This document shows positions 7,901-11,952 of a stretch of DNA of 11,952 bases, piece by piece. The number at the start of each line of letters is the position of its first letter. Within the stretch, counting starts at the first letter, position 1. The translations under genes were made by a program, and so were the position numbers. Under the pieces are notes generated by a model, which worked only from the letters and a program-made list of their open reading frames with translations, did no database searches and was not told the origin of the DNA. This stretch comes from Candidatus Zixiibacteriota bacterium (GTDB lineage: Bacteria; Zixibacteria; MSB-5A5; GN15; FEB-12), in NCBI GenBank assembly GCA_041742355.1, contig JBGSIV010000091.1, positions 1 to 11,952 of the forward strand. Reading direction: 5' to 3'.

Positions 7901-7930
7901 ATGATACCCGGAAGTTTTAGTCATTGTCAA
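7901..7930 (-). promoter_or_regulatory. Sigma70-type promoter for the tssH-tssB-tssC-tssD-vgrG-tssE-tssF operon
   Basis: The minus strand reads TTGACA (7930-7925), an 18-bp spacer, then TATCAT (7906-7901): a perfect -35 and a 5/6 match to the -10. It sits in an AT-rich patch of the longest intergenic gap, 73 bp upstream of the tssH ATG. Confidence 0.75.
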
Positions 7931-7976
7931 GCCGTTTGCCGGGTGCTTCGCCGCCTTCCGGCATTCTGCCTGCCGC

Positions 7977-8732
7977 TCACTCTTCATCGGCATCAGTATC
8001 GGCGGTATCCGGGCTCGCCGCGCCCGACTTCTCCGAGCGCCAGTCCTCCGGAAACCACTGGTTGAAATCGATTGCCTCTTCGAGTTCGAAGTGGCGTTTG
8101 TAAACAATCATGATAATCCCGCTGGTCGTCCGCACCGCGTCGAGCCGGTCGGCCCAGCCCTCCATCTGCGCGAGCGTCTTTTCCGGCGCCGATGACATCA
8201 CCTGCGCCGAACCGGTGTCGGCGCCGAGGTAGCGGAACACTGGCGATTCCATGGCGAAGAAGGTCTCGGCCAAACGGGCCGCCTGTTTGAGGGGATCGGT
8301 CCCACCGAACGAGCGGGGATCGTAGGCGCTGAACCGGATCTTGTAGAACCCGGCCCCTTCCTTTACATCGACCGTGCATCCCGCAGCCCGATAGGTGTGA
8401 CGAACCAGATCGAAATCGAGGGAATCCGGCCCCGCAAGATGGTAGGCATGCGTGGCCTCTTTGGTATCGAATGGCCCCATCCCCTCTCGAAAGACATCCC
8501 TGGCCCAGTTGATGCTCTTGAAGTAGACATGCCCCGGGATTTCGGCAAAATCCGCCACGGGAACGTAATCGACCTCGCGGTACCCCCCGACGACGCGGAG
8601 GACGTCCGTTCGGAATTCAGCCATCGGATCCGTTTCTGCCATGCGACCTTCTTTCCTCGGCCCGTCGTTACGCCCGCCGCATGCCGCCCACAGCAGCATG
8701 CCCAGGACAAGCACGGCGGTCGCCCGCCTCAT
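7977..8732 (-). CDS. Predicted lipoprotein (251 aa), candidate immunity protein; start 8732 rather than 8756
   Basis: MRR-ATAVLVLGMLLWAA-C18-GGR gives a basic n-region, a hydrophobic h-region and a lipobox-like WAAC. The ATG (8732-8730) overlaps the TGA (8731-8729) of the upstream gene as ATGA. Acidic C-terminal tail; no family recognised. The immunity role is inferred from position. Confidence 0.75.
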   Translation of the reverse strand: MRRATAVLVLGMLLWAACGGRNDGPRKEGRMAETDPMAEFRTDVLRVVGGYREVDYVPVADFAEIPGHVYFKSINWARDVFREGMGPFDTKEATHAYHLAGPDSLDFDLVRHTYRAAGCTVDVKEGAGFYKIRFSAYDPRSFGGTDPLKQAARLAETFFAMESPVFRYLGADTGSAQVMSSAPEKTLAQMEGWADRLDAVRTTSGIIMIVYKRHFELEEAIDFNQWFPEDWRSEKSGAASPDTADTDADEE

Positions 8733-10168
8733 TCCACCGGATGCGGATACTCCCACACCCTCGTCACTTTCTTTTTCGTCCCGCCCTGCGCGTACACAAA
8801 TTCGTATTCGGCCAACCCCCAGAAGACCAGAATCAGCGTCCGCTCCAGTTCGGCCACCGCATCGGGATCATTCGCGTCGACCTGGCCGATCTTCCCCACG
8901 CCCCCGCCGAACCAGGCCACCTGCGCACTCCCCGCACCGTCGTCGTAGGTGAATTTCATGTACGCTTCGAAATTGTTCCAGCCCACCTCGGCCTGCGTGT
9001 ACGCTTTCCCCACCTTGACCTCCCGGTCAACCAGCGCGTAATTCTTCTTCTTGTCCGGCCCGGTGACCCGCGAACCCCGATCCTTGATGACCGGCGTCAT
9101 GTAGTCGGAGGCATCGGCGTTCACGTATTTGACTTCGGCCGTCCCGGGGAGGCCGATCTGATTCTTGAGCCCCCGGATGAACCGGACGATCGCCTGGCAT
9201 TCTCCACCATACTTCTCGAATTCGGCCAACGGCCACGCCCCGCCCACCGCCCCCTTCATGTACGCCGAAAAACCGGCCTGCGTCATGCGATTCTTAAGAT
9301 CCTTGTGCTTATCGAGGTACTTCTGCTGCTTGCGGGACAGCATGTCAAACGACAGGATATACGCCGGGAATCGTTTGAACCACTCCTCGATGATATCGAG
9401 TACTTCCACCGCATCCCCGGTGGCGCAATACCATCTGGTCGCGGTCGTCATGCGGCGGGTGGTGACGCCGTCCTCCGGGCGGCCGTCCTCGATAGGCGCG
9501 GCGCACGTGGTATAGAGCACGTGCGGGCCGGAGGTCCCGGCCACGTACTCCCCGCCTTCGATCGCCACCTTCCACGAAATCGACGGAATCGTTACTTCGC
9601 CCATCAGATTCGGCAGAGGGCCGTCGGCTGTGACCTCCACTTCCTTCGTCCCCGGCGACAGGGTAATATCCCCCCGAAAACTGCTCCACGCATCTTTCCC
9701 GACACCGATCAGCCTGCCTTCCACCTGCTTGCTCGATCGGGTCCGCACGTTTACCCGTGCTTTCAACTGCAGCGTCGATGCCGTATCGACCGACACCGGG
9801 CGCGCCCGGTTGGGCCGCCATTCCGGCGCCGGTATCAGCGGACCGGTGTTCGCCCAATCCGCATCGTTCTCTTTCATCAGGCCGTGATCGGAGAGGAACT
9901 CGAGGCTGAGCAGAATCACATCGGTCGTTCGCCCGAAAAACTTCGCCAGTCTGCCGCTGGCCGCTTTCCCCGTGTTGGCCCGCTTGCCCGGAATCCACAC
10001 GTGGTCACCGACATAAATGACATTCGGATCCGGGCGTAATTCCCGGAAATCCTCATTCTTCTCATGGTTGTAGATGTCATCCCAGCGCTTCAGACCGAAC
10101 CGTTTGGCCAGCCGGCTGAGCGTATCGCCCCGCTTCAGGACATACCAGAATCCGTCGCCGTTCGCCAC
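8729..10168 (-). CDS. LysM-domain protein with a C-terminal transglutaminase/papain-like Cys motif (479 aa); candidate T6SS effector
   Basis: N-terminal LysM 'YVLKRGDTLSRLAKRFG...IYNH..N....RPDPNVIYVGDHVWIP', a beta-rich middle region, and 'GECQAIVRFIRGLKNQIGLP' (Cys324). No signal peptide. The GTG start directly follows the upstream TAA, with GGAGGAG just before it. Confidence 0.8.
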   Translation of the reverse strand: MANGDGFWYVLKRGDTLSRLAKRFGLKRWDDIYNHEKNEDFRELRPDPNVIYVGDHVWIPGKRANTGKAASGRLAKFFGRTTDVILLSLEFLSDHGLMKENDADWANTGPLIPAPEWRPNRARPVSVDTASTLQLKARVNVRTRSSKQVEGRLIGVGKDAWSSFRGDITLSPGTKEVEVTADGPLPNLMGEVTIPSISWKVAIEGGEYVAGTSGPHVLYTTCAAPIEDGRPEDGVTTRRMTTATRWYCATGDAVEVLDIIEEWFKRFPAYILSFDMLSRKQQKYLDKHKDLKNRMTQAGFSAYMKGAVGGAWPLAEFEKYGGECQAIVRFIRGLKNQIGLPGTAEVKYVNADASDYMTPVIKDRGSRVTGPDKKKNYALVDREVKVGKAYTQAEVGWNNFEAYMKFTYDDGAGSAQVAWFGGGVGKIGQVDANDPDAVAELERTLILVFWGLAEYEFVYAQGGTKKKVTRVWEYPHPVE

Positions 10169-11077
10169 TTACTCCTCCCCCTCGAACGGATCGATCACTT
10201 CGAATTCGGGGAATTCCACGCGCACCGCCCCCGGCGGGATATCCGTCTCGCGGGCGCGTCCCTCCGCATCGAGCGTCCCGTCGCGCGTGCTGCCGTCCGC
10301 CAGGTACAGCGTGTACTTCGCATCGGCGACAGGCTGCCCGTTCTCGTCAGCCAGCACGATATCTAACCAGTCCTTGAACACCAGCAGCTTCGATTCCTGC
10401 TTCTTCCCGAAAACCGCTCCGCCGTAGTTCACGGTGAAAAAGTACTCCGGCGGATTATAGCTGCCGCCGTACTCTTCCTTCTCCTCTTTCGTGGGAATCT
10501 CGTCGGTATCCTCATGGTACTCATACTCCCACTGCAGTTCAATCTTGCTGTCCTTCACCACGGCCGGCAGTTCCACGATCTTGTCATGTACCCCGCCGGC
10601 ATCGTACTCCCGGATCGTCACGAGCACCTCTTCCCCCGGCCCGATCCCCTTTTCGACCTCGGCCGACAGGGTCAGCACATCCCCGCGCCGCGCTTCGCTG
10701 GCGCTCCACTTGAGGTTCTTGATCACGACTGGCGGCGCCACCGGAATGCGGTCCGATTCTCCCTTGAGGCCGTTTTTCGACAACTTCACCTCGAAGTACA
10801 ATTCGTCCTCGGGATCGAGATCTTCCGGGATCGCGATTTCATCGCGGAACCGATCGCACCGCATCACCCCCTTGACCGTGCCGATCTTCTTGCCGCCGTC
10901 GATTCGCACCGTCACCTCGACCGGGGCGCCGAAGCCGACGAACGAGGTTCCCACCTCGAAATCCGCCTTCTGACCGCAAATGGCGCTCGGCGACACCCAG
11001 ACCGCATACAGCAGGGCGGACTCGACCTTCGCCGTTTCCTGTTTATCGGTGTTCTTGTTGAACGAGAGTTCCGGCAT
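10169..11077 (-). CDS. Acidic protein with two tandem beta-sandwich-like repeats and a C-terminal transthyretin/carboxypeptidase-regulatory-like domain (302 aa); start 11077 rather than 11257
   Basis: The C-terminus 'WLDIVLADENGQPVADAKYTLYLADGSTRDGTLDAEGRARETDIPPGAVRVEFP' has the pattern of the prealbumin/transthyretin-like domains found on VgrG/PAAR extensions. The ATG shares one base with the upstream stop (TGATG) and is preceded by GAGGAAG. Confidence 0.75.
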   Translation of the reverse strand: MPELSFNKNTDKQETAKVESALLYAVWVSPSAICGQKADFEVGTSFVGFGAPVEVTVRIDGGKKIGTVKGVMRCDRFRDEIAIPEDLDPEDELYFEVKLSKNGLKGESDRIPVAPPVVIKNLKWSASEARRGDVLTLSAEVEKGIGPGEEVLVTIREYDAGGVHDKIVELPAVVKDSKIELQWEYEYHEDTDEIPTKEEKEEYGGSYNPPEYFFTVNYGGAVFGKKQESKLLVFKDWLDIVLADENGQPVADAKYTLYLADGSTRDGTLDAEGRARETDIPPGAVRVEFPEFEVIDPFEGEE

Positions 11078-11529
11078 CAGTCTTCCTCGGGTGACTCGTA
11101 GGTCCCCGGCACCAGTTCCTCGATCAGGTCGCGGACATGATCGCCGAGCATCTGGTACGAACGCTTGCTGAACTGGACGGTGAACATGAATCCGACTCCC
11201 CCCGCCAGCACGAACACGTACATGTGGAGCACCGTCACGCCTTCCCCCGGCGCCCACTTGTAGACGAACTCCCAGGCCGGATTGCCGTCCTCGACCGTGA
11301 TCTCCTCATGCTTGAGCACCTCGATCCCGTCCATCGCACCGACAATCGGCACCGTGCGGTCGCGCACGAACTCCTCGAGATCCTCGGTGCGCGGGTGGCG
11401 GTCAAGCGTCATCATGAGCAGGTGGGTGCGGTCATCGACCTCCGGGCCGGAGAACGTGAACACCGTCTGGTCCTCCCATCCGCGCGGGAGGTCGAGCGTA
11501 TATGGTTTCTTCTTGCTGCCCACGGTCAT
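11077..11529 (-). CDS. DUF1795/DcrB/PsbP-fold protein (EagR-like T6SS chaperone/adaptor), 150 aa
   Basis: 'LDLPRGWEDQTVFTF', 'LEEFVRD' and 'EEITVEDGNPAWEFVYKW...VLHMYVFV...GFMFT' fit the DUF1795/Mog1p-PsbP pattern and size. ATGA overlap with the upstream gene at 11526-11529. Confidence 0.72.
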   Translation of the reverse strand: MTVGSKKKPYTLDLPRGWEDQTVFTFSGPEVDDRTHLLMMTLDRHPRTEDLEEFVRDRTVPIVGAMDGIEVLKHEEITVEDGNPAWEFVYKWAPGEGVTVLHMYVFVLAGGVGFMFTVQFSKRSYQMLGDHVRDLIEELVPGTYESPEED

Positions 11530-11952
11530 TTCTCCAGCGTCTTGAGGAAAACCCGCACCTGCTCGATTTCATCATCCGTGTACCGGCGCGTATTCGAAGC
11601 GGCAAAGGCAAACTCGTCCGGATACCACGCCACGACCAGGGTCGCCGCGGCATCCGCCACCCGCGCGTAAACCGCCCGGTTCACGCTGCCGATCATGTAC
11701 GCCTCCCCGGCGTCATCGAGCGCGGGAAGCAGGTACTTCGCCAGCGTAGAATCGTTGATATACCTCAGATCCTGAATCGCCCCGTAGCGCACCGACGATT
11801 CCGGCGTAGCCAGCGGGCGGGTGAACGCGCTTTTGTCGCCCTCTCCCAGCCGGGCCAACGCCAGTTGCAGGGAGCGGATCACCTCCGGATCAGCCTCGGT
11901 CTTGAGCCGATTGCGCATCGGATCCACGGCGGCGCGATCGTCGAACCGCCCC
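11526..11952 (-). CDS. HEAT/PBS-lyase-like repeat protein, C-terminal part (frame open to the right edge)
   Basis: The frame extends past the track's GTG to the window edge: 'GRFDDRAAVDPMRNRLKTEADPEVIRSLQLALARLGE...ESSVRYGAIQDLRYINDSTLAKYLLPALDD...RVADAAATLV', which reads as HEAT-like helical hairpins. Confidence 0.65.
   Translation of the reverse strand, partial: GRFDDRAAVDPMRNRLKTEADPEVIRSLQLALARLGEGDKSAFTRPLATPESSVRYGAIQDLRYINDSTLAKYLLPALDDAGEAYMIGSVNRAVYARVADAAATLVVAWYPDEFAFAASNTRRYTDDEIEQVRVFLKTLEK

Noticed and set aside
7937..7963. Intrinsic terminator after the lipoprotein gene (TGCCGG/CCGGCA)
   Set aside because: Only a 6-bp stem with a 15-nt loop and no U-tract. Read-through into tssH remains possible.
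7850..8107. 85-aa minus-strand ORF across the intergenic region
   Set aside because: It overlaps the lipoprotein gene out of frame and runs through the promoter. No RBS or motif is evident.
311..10039. Long plus-strand ORFs (311-1972, 3293-4828, 5165-6016, 6406-7809, 8681-10039 and others)
   Set aside because: They are antisense shadows of well-supported minus-strand genes, expected from GC-rich codon bias. Their translations show no recognisable motifs.
1..11952. CRISPR arrays, tRNA/rRNA genes, IS elements or integrases
   Set aside because: No regularly spaced repeats, RNA-gene signatures or transposase/recombinase motifs were seen. Nearly all of the window is accounted for by coding genes.

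Overview
A GC-rich (roughly 60% by eye) bacterial window in which all credible genes lie on the minus strand. It holds part of a type VI secretion system of the Bacteroidota-type lineage (T6SS-iii). In transcription order (right to left), a translationally coupled accessory module comes first: a partial HEAT-repeat protein, a DUF1795/DcrB-EagR-like protein, a tandem beta-sandwich plus transthyretin-like protein, a LysM protein with a transglutaminase/papain-like Cys motif, and a lipoprotein. A near-consensus sigma70 promoter follows, then the core genes: tssH/clpV split into two genes, tssB, tssC, tssD/hcp, vgrG, tssE and the 5' part of tssF (absent from the ORF track). Three points stand out. 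(1) ClpV is cleanly split between its AAA+ modules, with an ATGA overlap and its own ribosome-binding site. (2) The T6SS-iii-type genes carry Shine-Dalgarno and TTGACA-type signals that argue for a non-Bacteroidota host. (3) There is a candidate new effector-immunity pair with a non-canonical catalytic site, next to two candidate adaptors. All family assignments come from motif recognition by eye; no database search was run.
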